Source: an uncultured Candidatus Saccharibacteria bacterium
GTDB lineage: Bacteria; Patescibacteriota; Saccharimonadia; Saccharimonadales; HK-STAS-PATE-42
Length of the DNA stretch: 64,000 bases
NCBI GenBank assembly: GCA_964461505.1
Contig: CAYWUW010000001.1
Span: forward strand, 33,792 to 97,791
Direction of reading: 5' to 3'
The notes beneath the pieces are model-generated. The model had not been told where the DNA came from. It did no database searches and saw nothing but the letters and a program-made list of their open reading frames with translations. The translations under genes and the position numbers were made by a program. This document shows positions 53,967-62,919 of this stretch, piece after piece (the first letter of the stretch is position 1; each line of letters opens with the position of its first letter).

Positions 53967-54039
53967 GCTTATCTTATCTTTAAATGTTGTTTTACTAAGC
54001 TTAAATTATACCAAAAAACTTAATTTGGCTAGAACTTGG

Positions 54040-54597
54040 CTAAAGTTTGAGTTTGCGCGCGATTGTATCGATGGGATTTCTAGATGGATTGGTTTGGGGT
54101 AAGCATTTTTGTAGAATTTCTAAAATTTGTGCAATTAGTTTTTTATCTTTTAGATAAAATGTGATTGGCATAGAGGTCCTTTTGGCTCCTACAAGTGTAA
54201 TTTGAGTTTGATCTTCGAATTCCTCTACCCAGTAATAGGCAAAATTGAGCATACTAAAGTTCTGTTTGTTAACGTGAACGGATGAAGATGTGAGGCTGTA
54301 AGTTTTGATTTCTGGTTTGCGGGCGGAATAAAAAATTAAGCTTAGCGAAGCGATAAAAATGATGGCTGGGCTAATTAAATCTTTGCGGCCAGAAATTATC
54401 CAAGGGATTGCGGCTATAACTGCTCCGCCAAAGATTAAGCTTAAATACCAAAAAAAGCTTTTTTCTTGGTAGAAGAATTCTTCGGCTTGCCATTCTAGCT
54501 TGGGGTTTTCTTTACTAAAATCTAGGGGCGGATTGGTTGGTTGCATTGTGTTTTTTGTTCTAGCTAGTTTTAAGTTATACGCTTTTTGGAGGTTCAT
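54040..54597 (-). CDS. membrane protein, hypothetical (two TM helices plus PH-like C-terminus)
   Basis: 185 aa; start overlaps the sortase stop region (operon-like). Confidence 0.5.
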   Translation of the reverse strand: MNLQKAYNLKLARTKNTMQPTNPPLDFSKENPKLEWQAEEFFYQEKSFFWYLSLIFGGAVIAAIPWIISGRKDLISPAIIFIASLSLIFYSARKPEIKTYSLTSSSVHVNKQNFSMLNFAYYWVEEFEDQTQITLVGAKRTSMPITFYLKDKKLIAQILEILQKCLPQTNPSRNPIDTIARKLKL

Positions 54598-54599
54598 TG

Positions 54600-55265
54600 C
54601 TACGCATCGATGATTTCTGCGGTGATAACAGTTCTGTTAGTAAAATCGCGAGAGGCTTTAATGTAGCCTCCACCGCAGGTGATAATTTCGAGGCGGGGTT
54701 TAGAGTTTTTATTGCCGAGCAATTCTGCCATAGGAACCTCGGCTTGGGGGTAATCTCCTTTTTTGGTGACAACAAAAGTAAATTGTTGGCCTTTATCATC
54801 TGTAATAATAATTTTTTGGCCAGCATTTAGTTTGTTAAGATTAGCAAAAACAGCTCTGCCGTAGGCTGAATAGTGCCCAACAATCATGGCTGGGCCTTTA
54901 TCTCCGGGGCGAGAAGATTGGTTAAACCAGGCGGTTGTCCAAAGGCTTTTTGGAACATCAACGGCGTTTTCTGCGGTTAAGCCTAGGTGTTCAACTTGGG
55001 CATCGACTCCGATATCTGGAATGTTTATTTTTGCCGGTAGTGAAGCGACTTTTGTAGGAACGACGATTTCTTGTTGAGTGGCGGTCAAGCCTCCGTTAGA
55101 AGAAAACTTGCCAGAAACGGTTCCGTAGCTAATTTGTGAAAGTTTGGTATCTTGCTCGTAACGGCTATAAGCGATGCTGGTTGTGGTGAACAGCCCGACT
55201 AAGCTTAAACTTAAAAATAGTACGGCTTTGATTTTTTGGGCGTTGAGGTTGGGGTGGAAATTCAT
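54600..55265 (-). CDS. sortase-family transpeptidase
   Basis: signal anchor, MIVGHYS, LEIITCGGG (TLxTC-type Cys), downstream R. Confidence 0.8.
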   Translation of the reverse strand: MNFHPNLNAQKIKAVLFLSLSLVGLFTTTSIAYSRYEQDTKLSQISYGTVSGKFSSNGGLTATQQEIVVPTKVASLPAKINIPDIGVDAQVEHLGLTAENAVDVPKSLWTTAWFNQSSRPGDKGPAMIVGHYSAYGRAVFANLNKLNAGQKIIITDDKGQQFTFVVTKKGDYPQAEVPMAELLGNKNSKPRLEIITCGGGYIKASRDFTNRTVITAEIIDA

Positions 55266-55340
55266 CTTTAAAATCTTTTTGCTTAAGCTTAATTTTATAG
55301 TAAGAATTCTAAATCATTTTTGTATGTTTAGCAATGATGG

Positions 55341-55348
55341 TGTATAAT
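55341..55348 (+). promoter_or_regulatory. -10 box TGTATAAT
   Basis: upstream of rplY (ATG 55400). Confidence 0.4.
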
Positions 55349-55399
55349 CTTTACAGATAAGAAACTATTAATAAACTTAAATTTTTAAAAAGAGCTGGC

Positions 55400-56077
55400 A
55401 TGACAACAACTAAAAAACTGACAATTGATTTAGGCTTACGCACAGAGCTTGGTAAAAAAGTTCGAGCTTTAAGAGCGGAAGGTAAACTACCCGGAGTGAT
55501 TAACGAACACGGTAAAGAGAGCGTTAGCGCTGTGGTTGAGCAACGTGAGTTTGAGGCTTTATATGCAGAGGCTGGGCGGACGCAACCTCTGGAATTTAGC
55601 ATTGATGGCAAGAATCATTTGGGGATGATTAAAGAAATTGACCGCGAGCCGGTAAAAGGTAAAATTATTCACTTTACGATTCAGGCGATTAACCGGAACG
55701 AGAAAGTTAGTGCCGAAATTCCGGTGCATCTTGATGAAGAAGGCGATATTCCAGCACGTAGAACTGGTTTAGATGTGATTGCTGTAACACACTCTTTTGA
55801 GGTTGAGGCTTTACCGCACGATCTTCCAGAAAAGTTCTTAATTGATGGTTCTGGGCTAGTTGAGGTTGGTGATAGAGTTCTTGTAAGCGATGTTAAATTG
55901 CCAGAAGCCGTTGAGTTAAAGAATGAAGAAGATGGTGAAAAAGTTCTGTTTATTGTTGAAGCTCCGCGTGTAACTAGCGAAGAAGATCTTGCTAATGATG
56001 AGCCAGAAGGCGAAGAGGCTTCTGCGGCTGATGTTCCGAGTGATAAGGGTTCTGAAGAAAAAACTGACGAAGCTTAA
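55400..56077 (+). CDS. rplY: 50S ribosomal protein L25/general stress protein Ctc
   Basis: RAEGKLPGVI, two-domain Ctc form with acidic tail. Confidence 0.82.
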   Translation: MTTTKKLTIDLGLRTELGKKVRALRAEGKLPGVINEHGKESVSAVVEQREFEALYAEAGRTQPLEFSIDGKNHLGMIKEIDREPVKGKIIHFTIQAINRNEKVSAEIPVHLDEEGDIPARRTGLDVIAVTHSFEVEALPHDLPEKFLIDGSGLVEVGDRVLVSDVKLPEAVELKNEEDGEKVLFIVEAPRVTSEEDLANDEPEGEEASAADVPSDKGSEEKTDEA

Positions 56078-56081
56078 AGTC

Positions 56082-56133
56082 TAGTCTAAGAATTGTCATC
56101 TCGAGCCTGCCGAGAGATCTCTATAGGTTTCAG
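56082..56133 (+). repeat. repeat family E copy
   Basis: near-identical to 7303-7354. Confidence 0.85.
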
Positions 56134-56222
56134 TAAGCACATCTTTTTGTCATCCCTCAATCGAGTTGAGGGCAGGCTCTGAACTCGATTGAGGATCTAA
56201 TTAAATTAAGGATTATTTCTTT

Positions 56223-56280
56223 TTTGACTGGATCCCCAGTCGAGCATGTCATGGCGACATGCCATGGCTGGGGATGACAG
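56223..56280 (+). repeat. hairpin repeat family A copy
   Basis: near-identical to 7041-7098. Confidence 0.85.
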
Positions 56281-56342
56281 TGGCGAGGGGGTTGCTCTCC
56301 CGGAGGAGGGGTAAGGTATTATGGAATGGGGTTATTCTGTGG

Positions 56343-56351
56343 TGGTATAAT
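56343..56351 (+). promoter_or_regulatory. extended -10 box TGGTATAAT
   Basis: GGTGGTATAATTAAGCTTAAG, 15 nt before ATG 56367. Confidence 0.55.
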
Positions 56352-56366
56352 TAAGCTTAAGTTTAT

Positions 56367-57302
56367 ATGCTAGATTTTTTGTATTACTGCGCGGTTATTG
56401 TTCTGGCTTATTTTGTTGGGGTTTTATTGAACTTAGATTTTGGCTTTGCCGGAGCCAGCGAATACGAACTTAAAAGGCGGGCCCGCGAAGGTGATAGTTT
56501 TGCTAAAAAAGAGGCCTGGGTCAAAAAACATCTTGAGGAATTTAAGTTTAGTATTTTGCTGCTAGTTCTGTTTTTGGAGGCTGGTTTAATCTTTTTAGTT
56601 AGTTTAAGGTTTAAGATCTGGCTGGCTTTGCTGGCTCTAGGCTTATCTTTTTTGGTGCTACGCTTTGTGGCTTTGCAGAACTTTTCTAAAAAGATGTTTG
56701 CTTTTTGGCGCAAGCAGGTGGTGTTAAAAGCTCAACTGTTGGTTAAGTTATTTAAGAATTTGGGCAGGCCGCTGTTTAAGAAATCTTTAAAAGATGTTGA
56801 GTTGAACAAGGCTTATTATTCTGAAGAGGAGTTTGCCTACAAGTTTGAGATGGATTCTGATGTTTTGAGCGAGGTTCTTAGAAACAGAGTTGCTCGTGCT
56901 TTGGCGGGTTCTAGAACTAAGGCTAAAGATGTGATGTTGGCGATTGAAAAAGTTCCTAAGGTTGATTTGAACTTAAGCTTAACGCCAATTGTTTATGATG
57001 AGTTGCATCAAAAGGGTCACGATATGGCGCTGGTTTTTCAGGGTGCGGAAACGAATTTGGTTGGTTTGTTGCATCTTTCTGGTTCGGAGGCTGTAGCGCA
57101 AATGAATGTGAGCAGTGCTATTCGGGTTGGCGATAAAATGGAGCAAGGTTTGCAATATATTAAGGATGAAGTTTGTTTGGATGATTTGGTAGAAGGGTTT
57201 TTGAAGGGTGGTCAGAATGCAGTTTTGGTGACGGGTTCTGGTGGCCAAGTTACCGGAGTTGTTACAGCAAGAAAACTTTTGGCGTGGTTAAGTGGAGCTT
57301 AA
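56367..57302 (+). CDS. CNNM/DUF21 membrane domain plus CBS-pair protein
   Basis: N-terminal TM domain with ASEYELKRRAREGD, C-terminal CBS-like repeats. Confidence 0.55.
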   Translation: MLDFLYYCAVIVLAYFVGVLLNLDFGFAGASEYELKRRAREGDSFAKKEAWVKKHLEEFKFSILLLVLFLEAGLIFLVSLRFKIWLALLALGLSFLVLRFVALQNFSKKMFAFWRKQVVLKAQLLVKLFKNLGRPLFKKSLKDVELNKAYYSEEEFAYKFEMDSDVLSEVLRNRVARALAGSRTKAKDVMLAIEKVPKVDLNLSLTPIVYDELHQKGHDMALVFQGAETNLVGLLHLSGSEAVAQMNVSSAIRVGDKMEQGLQYIKDEVCLDDLVEGFLKGGQNAVLVTGSGGQVTGVVTARKLLAWLSGA

Positions 57303-58889
57303 GGTTAAGTTTAAGCTTGAATGGCCATAAAGACGTATTGTTTTAGAGCTGCAACGAGTGGGTTTCTGTAGTTTAATACCAAACTCCAGTCCACTGTTTT
57401 TGCCGTGGCCTATTACGGAGTGTTCAATAGCTCTATCGGATTCTGCTCTTAACATTCCGTCTTCGATTAAGCCTTGATCAAAGAGCATCTTAGTTGTCCA
57501 TAAGATTAGATGTTTAAACTGTTCTGCGGATACATCGTAAATACTATCGGCTTGCACTTCTATTCCTATAGTATTCCCATTCCCCGCATCTTCTCTACCT
57601 TTTTTTCCGCCATCGATTACGCCATTTCTGATGTGCCCTGCTTTGGTGGCCGGATCTCTTGTGAGTTGCCATATCTCTGATGGGTTGTTATCGCTCATCA
57701 TAAACTGAGTGCTTGCACCGCTGTTGTTAGCCCAGCTTTCAATTTGATCTGTAAGCGTAATTTCATGAGACCTTCCCTTTGGAGCGGCATCAGTTTCATT
57801 GTCTGAGGTGGAAACTCCATTCGCCCAGAGGTGCCAAATAAGATATCTTACGGTAATTGAAGTGCCATTATAGTACTTATTATATTTTGCAGGACCGATT
57901 AGCTCTTCTACATATTTTGATCTATCTTCGATACCGCTTTGTTCAAACTTTGCATAATCTTCAATAGTAAGTGATTTTAGAGCTTTTTTAATTGTTTGGA
58001 CAAGCGCTTTATCTCGTGGTTCATTAAGTTCGCTAAAATCTATAGTTTCAACGTCTATGGCATTTTTTTCTGGAGGTAGCGAAGGCTCATCTTTTGGGCT
58101 GTTTGGGTTGGTGTCTCCACTTACATTACCGGTTATTTTTTGTACAAGATCTATGTAGTTGACTACCAAGCCTAGCCACTCTTCACCGGTGGAATATCTT
58201 AGCTCGCCGGGCTCGTCGCTATCAACCATAAGCCTAGCAACTTCTTTTGGATCACGTCCGCCGTTATTTAGATAACCTATAACGTCAGCATACCTGTAAG
58301 ATCCATCTTGGTTTTGGAAATAGATCTTTTTCTGGAAATCTGCAAAAGAGTCTTCGGGGTTTTTGTATTTTCTAAAATCTCTGGGGTGTTGGACTCTCAC
58401 CGACCCATCTGGGTATGTAAAAAGTACAGTAAACTGATCACCATATTTCTTTTGTAGTTCCGGGACGCTTTCTGCCGCAACCTGCTCATCTGTCATTTTA
58501 TCGGGATAAACATCGCCTTTCCATCCGTCTTTTGCTACGATACCATGCATGTTGTTTGCCTTTGTGGCTAGTTCACTGGTTCCTGAATCGGATTCGTGCA
58601 TACCGACTGCTAAAAATAACTCATACGGAAGGGGCATCTTGGGGTCTTCGGCTAATCTTTCGGATATTTCTACATAATCTGAGATGAATTTTGTAGTTTT
58701 TTCTGGGTTAGTTAGGATGTCTTTAGAGTCTTGCTTAGTGTCCTCTGTCTTTGTGTCACAACTTCTTGCACCTAGTGCTATTAATAAGGTGGCTGTTGCC
58801 GCTAGGCCTAAGAGTTCTCTGCGGGTTACCCCATATTCTCTATTACTATGTGGATCAGTTGCTCGTGGGTGTTCTTGTGAATTTGGCAT
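57288..58889 (-). CDS. secreted bifunctional peptidoglycan hydrolase (glucosaminidase-like plus Amidase_2-like)
   Basis: TRRELLGLAATATLL Tat-like signal, LAVGMHESDSGTS..NNMHGI, C-terminal GNTIGIEVQA / VIGHG. Start set at ATG 58889. Confidence 0.65.
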   Translation of the reverse strand: MPNSQEHPRATDPHSNREYGVTRRELLGLAATATLLIALGARSCDTKTEDTKQDSKDILTNPEKTTKFISDYVEISERLAEDPKMPLPYELFLAVGMHESDSGTSELATKANNMHGIVAKDGWKGDVYPDKMTDEQVAAESVPELQKKYGDQFTVLFTYPDGSVRVQHPRDFRKYKNPEDSFADFQKKIYFQNQDGSYRYADVIGYLNNGGRDPKEVARLMVDSDEPGELRYSTGEEWLGLVVNYIDLVQKITGNVSGDTNPNSPKDEPSLPPEKNAIDVETIDFSELNEPRDKALVQTIKKALKSLTIEDYAKFEQSGIEDRSKYVEELIGPAKYNKYYNGTSITVRYLIWHLWANGVSTSDNETDAAPKGRSHEITLTDQIESWANNSGASTQFMMSDNNPSEIWQLTRDPATKAGHIRNGVIDGGKKGREDAGNGNTIGIEVQADSIYDVSAEQFKHLILWTTKMLFDQGLIEDGMLRAESDRAIEHSVIGHGKNSGLEFGIKLQKPTRCSSKTIRLYGHSSLNLTLSST

Positions 58890-58961
58890 AATTCTTAGAT
58901 TATAACATGTAATGCTGTTATAAGTCAACAAGCTGCAGTAATATTTGTATATCATCTTCTT

Positions 58962-58970
58962 TGGTATAAT
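58962..58970 (+). promoter_or_regulatory. extended -10 box TGGTATAAT
   Basis: 10 nt before ATG 58981. Confidence 0.6.
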
Positions 58971-58980
58971 TAAGCTTAGT

Positions 58981-60759
58981 ATGGATAAAAGAATTTTAGC
59001 GGAGGCGACCTCTGGTTTGGTGGGGCAAGAGGTTTACCTGATGGGCTGGGCTAACTCTCGGCGTGATCATGGTGGGGTCATTTTTATAGATCTTCGTGAT
59101 GAATCTGGCTTAGTGCAGTTAACTATTCATCCAGATCAACAAGCGGCTTTTAAAACTGCGGAATCTGTGCGTGATGAATACGTGCTTAAGCTTAAGGGTA
59201 AGGTCGTTGAACGCGATAAAGATCTTATCAATCCGAATCTTGAAACTGGAAAAGTTGAAGTAGTTGCTTCTGAGCTTGAGATCTTGAACAAGTCGGAGCC
59301 TCTCCCCTTTTCTGTTGGTTTAAATAAATCTGAAGATGAAAATGTTGGTGAGGACGTACGTCTAAAGTACAGATATCTAGATCTTCGTCGTTCAGAAATG
59401 TCTAGGATGCTCACTAGAAGACATCAAATGCTCAAGTTTATTAGAAGCTGGATGGACGAGAAGGACTTCATTGAGGTTAATACTCCAATATTAGCTAACT
59501 CTAGTCCCGAAGGAGCAAGAGATTTTCTGGTCCCTTCAAGAATGTATCCCGGTAAATTCTTTGCACTTCCGCAAGCTCCGCAGCAGTTTAAGCAACTTTT
59601 GATGGTTGGTGGGATTCCAAGATATTATCAGATTGCTCCGTGTTTCCGTGATGAAGATGCTCGCGCGGATAGAAGCCCTGGTGAGTTTTATCAGCTGGAT
59701 CTAGAGATTGCTTTTGCAGAGACAGATGAAGTTGTATTCCAGCTGATGGAACCTTTGTTTATTAAGCTTACGGAGGATTTTGCTGGTAAAAAGGTTTTGC
59801 AAAAACCGTTCCTACGGATTCCGTATGCGGAGGCGATGAGTAAATATGGAACTGATAAGCCTGATCTTCGCTTTGGAATGGAACTTGTTGATCTTTCGGA
59901 AGAACTAGAAAATACGGAATTTGGGGTTTTTGCTGGAGCTTTAAAAAATGGTGGAGTTATTAAGGCAATTTGTGTTAAGGGTGGCGCAAGTTTAACTCGC
60001 TCTGAGATTGATAAGTTTACGGATATCGCTAAGCAAAACGGTGCTGGAGGCCTTGCCTACATTAACCTTAAAGATGGTGAGATTCAGTCTCCTATTGCAA
60101 AGTTCTTGAATGATGAAGAGCTGGGCTTGATTATTGAGAAAACTGGGGCCAAGGACGGTGACTCAATCTTCTTTGGAGCTGATAGCATCAATATTGTGAA
60201 TAGGGTTCTTGGAGTTCTTAGAAACGAGTTTGCAGATCACTTTAAGCTTAAAGATCCGAACGTTGTTGCTTGGGCATGGATAGTGGACTTTCCTATGTAT
60301 GAGTTTGACGAAAAGCAACAGAAGATTGACTTTATGCATAACCCATTCTCTTGGCCGCAAGGAGGACTTGAAGCTCTGAATACACAAGACCCGCTTGATA
60401 TAAAGGCTTACCAGTACGATATTGTTGCAAATGGTTTCGAACTTTCTAGTGGTGCGATTAGAAACTATAACCCAGAGATTATGTACAAAGCTTTTGAGAT
60501 TGTAGGTTATAGCAAAGAGCACGTTGACAAGAACTTCGGTGCGATGATCAATGCATTTAAGTTTGGGGCTCCACCTCATGGAGGGTTTGCTCCTGGGGTT
60601 GAGCGAATGCTGATGGTTTTAGAAGGTAAAGAAAACATAAGAGAAGTTGTCGCCTTCCCTAAGAATGGTTCTGGTATTGATTTGATGATGAACAGCCCGA
60701 GTGTGGTTGAGCAAGTTCAGCTGGATGAATTGGGAATTAAGGTTGTGGTTGAGGATTAA
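58981..60759 (+). CDS. aspS: aspartate--tRNA ligase
   Basis: OB fold (GWANSRRDHGGVIFIDLRD), QSPQ-like LPQAPQQFKQ, FRDEDARADR, GGFAPGVERM. Confidence 0.93.
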   Translation: MDKRILAEATSGLVGQEVYLMGWANSRRDHGGVIFIDLRDESGLVQLTIHPDQQAAFKTAESVRDEYVLKLKGKVVERDKDLINPNLETGKVEVVASELEILNKSEPLPFSVGLNKSEDENVGEDVRLKYRYLDLRRSEMSRMLTRRHQMLKFIRSWMDEKDFIEVNTPILANSSPEGARDFLVPSRMYPGKFFALPQAPQQFKQLLMVGGIPRYYQIAPCFRDEDARADRSPGEFYQLDLEIAFAETDEVVFQLMEPLFIKLTEDFAGKKVLQKPFLRIPYAEAMSKYGTDKPDLRFGMELVDLSEELENTEFGVFAGALKNGGVIKAICVKGGASLTRSEIDKFTDIAKQNGAGGLAYINLKDGEIQSPIAKFLNDEELGLIIEKTGAKDGDSIFFGADSINIVNRVLGVLRNEFADHFKLKDPNVVAWAWIVDFPMYEFDEKQQKIDFMHNPFSWPQGGLEALNTQDPLDIKAYQYDIVANGFELSSGAIRNYNPEIMYKAFEIVGYSKEHVDKNFGAMINAFKFGAPPHGGFAPGVERMLMVLEGKENIREVVAFPKNGSGIDLMMNSPSVVEQVQLDELGIKVVVED

Positions 60760-60761
60760 GC

Positions 60762-61439
60762 TTAGACTGGGCTAGTATATCTTTTTTGCTCACAGAAGAT
60801 GTCGAGCTCTTCTACTATCTCTGTATGAACTTCATTAACGTCTTTTGTCTGGCCAACTGTCTCAGGGTGAATTGTGACGACTTGGATGCCCGAGGTTCTG
60901 CTGTAGTTGGCCAGCGTATTTGCCATCTGCCCAAAGGCTTCTGCTACTCTTGCGTGAAAGTCTCTACCGGCTTGTTCGAATCTATCTAGTTCTCGGTCCA
61001 TCCTTCTAGCTAATTCTTCTGGCGGTGGAGGAGTTAGTAGGAACATTAGATCTGGCATAATTAGATTGGGGTTCATTAAGTTTATATCTAGTATGTGCTG
61101 CTCACCAAGGCCTCTTCCTGCCCCCTGATAAGCTATGCTTGAGACGAAAGTTCTATCAGAAATAACGTGCCTTCTTGCTTTGAGGCTAGGCTTAACGACT
61201 TCTGCCATGTGTTGTGCTCGATCGGCAGCCATAAGGTAAACTTCGGACATTGGATCGAGTTCGCCAGTTTCTGGGCTCAAGAGAATCTCTCTAAGCTTAG
61301 CTCCAGCTAGAGTTCCACCAGGCTCTCTCGTTAAAATTGCAGAGCTGCCGATTCTACTTGTAAGCAGCATAGCTTGTGTGGATTTTCCACTTCCTTCGCC
61401 TCCTTCAAAAGCAATGTAAAGTGGTTTGTTTTGTGGCAT
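60762..61439 (-). CDS. tmk: dTMP kinase
   Basis: IAFEGGEGSGKSTQ P-loop. ATG 61439 is preferred over the longer ORF start at 61523, which overlaps the upstream gene. Confidence 0.85.
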   Translation of the reverse strand: MPQNKPLYIAFEGGEGSGKSTQAMLLTSRIGSSAILTREPGGTLAGAKLREILLSPETGELDPMSEVYLMAADRAQHMAEVVKPSLKARRHVISDRTFVSSIAYQGAGRGLGEQHILDINLMNPNLIMPDLMFLLTPPPPEELARRMDRELDRFEQAGRDFHARVAEAFGQMANTLANYSRTSGIQVVTIHPETVGQTKDVNEVHTEIVEELDIFCEQKRYTSPV

Positions 61440-61464
61440 ATAGGCTTTAATCACTCCTTTCTTG

Positions 61465-62820
61465 TCATTTTTCTGTGATGTCGTGATCTCCTCTTTTGGT
61501 GTCGAAAGGGGCACCGGATTCATCTAAATGGAGGGTTAAATTCAAGGTTTCTTTGAGTAGCCTTCCGGCTTCCAGGGCTCTTGTTCTGAGGGTTGGGTGG
61601 ACGGCAGTTGTTGAACGGAGCTCTAGCAAGTAAGTTAAGCCGGGCAAACCGCCGGTGACTTGGCATGGGATTCTGTAGCCCATTGGTATTGCATACTGGG
61701 CCAATCTTGGATCTATATTGCTCGTAGATATTCTGCTAGCAATGCTTCCGATTAGCCCCTGCGCTTCTGCCCTTAAATCTTCTGGCATTTGTTCTAGGTA
61801 CCAAGGTTCGAACCCTAACTCAGTTCCAAGCAATGGCATGCGGATTGTTACGGCGCGGTGCCTTTGAATATCTCGGTAACTGGCAAAATCTAGCGGAAAA
61901 CTTAAGCTTAAGGCTCCAAGCTCGTCGAGGAATTTTGGGAGTTCATTTTTGGCTAGACGTGAGGCCATTAGCCCTCGACACTTTTCAAGTTCTTCCCGAT
62001 TAAGTTTAGTTAAGTCAATTCGGAGCTCTTCTGGCATACTTGCTGTATCGAGTAGGTACTTATCATTTAGCCATGCCTGAGTGTACGCCTCTTGCTCGGG
62101 GTATCTTTTTTGTGGATCAAATGAGTTTGGATGCGCCTGAACAAGAGCTGCTTCTAGGGAGTCTGCTATGGAGCGCACCTCCGGCAAAGGATGATTTCTT
62201 AGAATGAGTAGGCGATCTCTAGCTTGTCTTAAATCTACATTCCAAGCAACGTTGGTAGAGGCTCCGGCTGGCAGTAAGCTTCTTAAAATATCAAAAGCCC
62301 TAGCATTAATTGCCTTTTCCCACTTGACACCTTCGTTGTTAACATCTGGGAACTGCTTTTTAAGGTGTTCGACTGTAGGTTCCATACCAGTGATGTATAG
62401 AGCTCTTAGCTCCTCTTGGATATTGCCTATAAGCCCAGTGTTTTTTGGAACTATAAAAGGTTGTTTACTGAAATCGATGTACCTGGTGGAGCATTCTTGG
62501 CCTCTGTATAGCGGGTAGTCTTGGATTGCTTTCGCGGCGAGCATGCTAATTCCTTCTACAAAGATAGCTGTGTTACCACAATCTCCAATGCTACCATGAC
62601 CATAGCCAACATAAAACTGGGACATAAAGTCGCCACTGCCCTTTTCTGCCAGCTTTGCTAGGTGGCTAGCTATTCCCGCAGGGCTTCGAGAATGCAGTGC
62701 CATAAGCATGGCTTGATCTTCTGGGCTGATCGTAGCGCCCGTACCAAGCACGAAGATTTGAGCGCCTTTTACTCCATTATCTACGGGAACTTCAGTGTGC
62801 TTTAGTGTTTCGGTGGCCAT
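61465..62820 (-). CDS. ThyX-like FAD-dependent thymidylate synthase, long two-lobe form (tentative)
   Basis: GHGSIGD..ECSTRY in the first half and RDIQRHR in the second; immediately upstream of tmk. Confidence 0.5.
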   Translation of the reverse strand: MATETLKHTEVPVDNGVKGAQIFVLGTGATISPEDQAMLMALHSRSPAGIASHLAKLAEKGSGDFMSQFYVGYGHGSIGDCGNTAIFVEGISMLAAKAIQDYPLYRGQECSTRYIDFSKQPFIVPKNTGLIGNIQEELRALYITGMEPTVEHLKKQFPDVNNEGVKWEKAINARAFDILRSLLPAGASTNVAWNVDLRQARDRLLILRNHPLPEVRSIADSLEAALVQAHPNSFDPQKRYPEQEAYTQAWLNDKYLLDTASMPEELRIDLTKLNREELEKCRGLMASRLAKNELPKFLDELGALSLSFPLDFASYRDIQRHRAVTIRMPLLGTELGFEPWYLEQMPEDLRAEAQGLIGSIASRISTSNIDPRLAQYAIPMGYRIPCQVTGGLPGLTYLLELRSTTAVHPTLRTRALEAGRLLKETLNLTLHLDESGAPFDTKRGDHDITEK

Positions 62821-62919
62821 AATCCTGTAGATCTTTTTTTAGCTCAACTTCGGCTTTCTTTTTTATTAAGCTTAATTGTAGTTTAGGTTTGGTGCTTCTG
62901 GCTAGGTTTGTTGTGAGGT

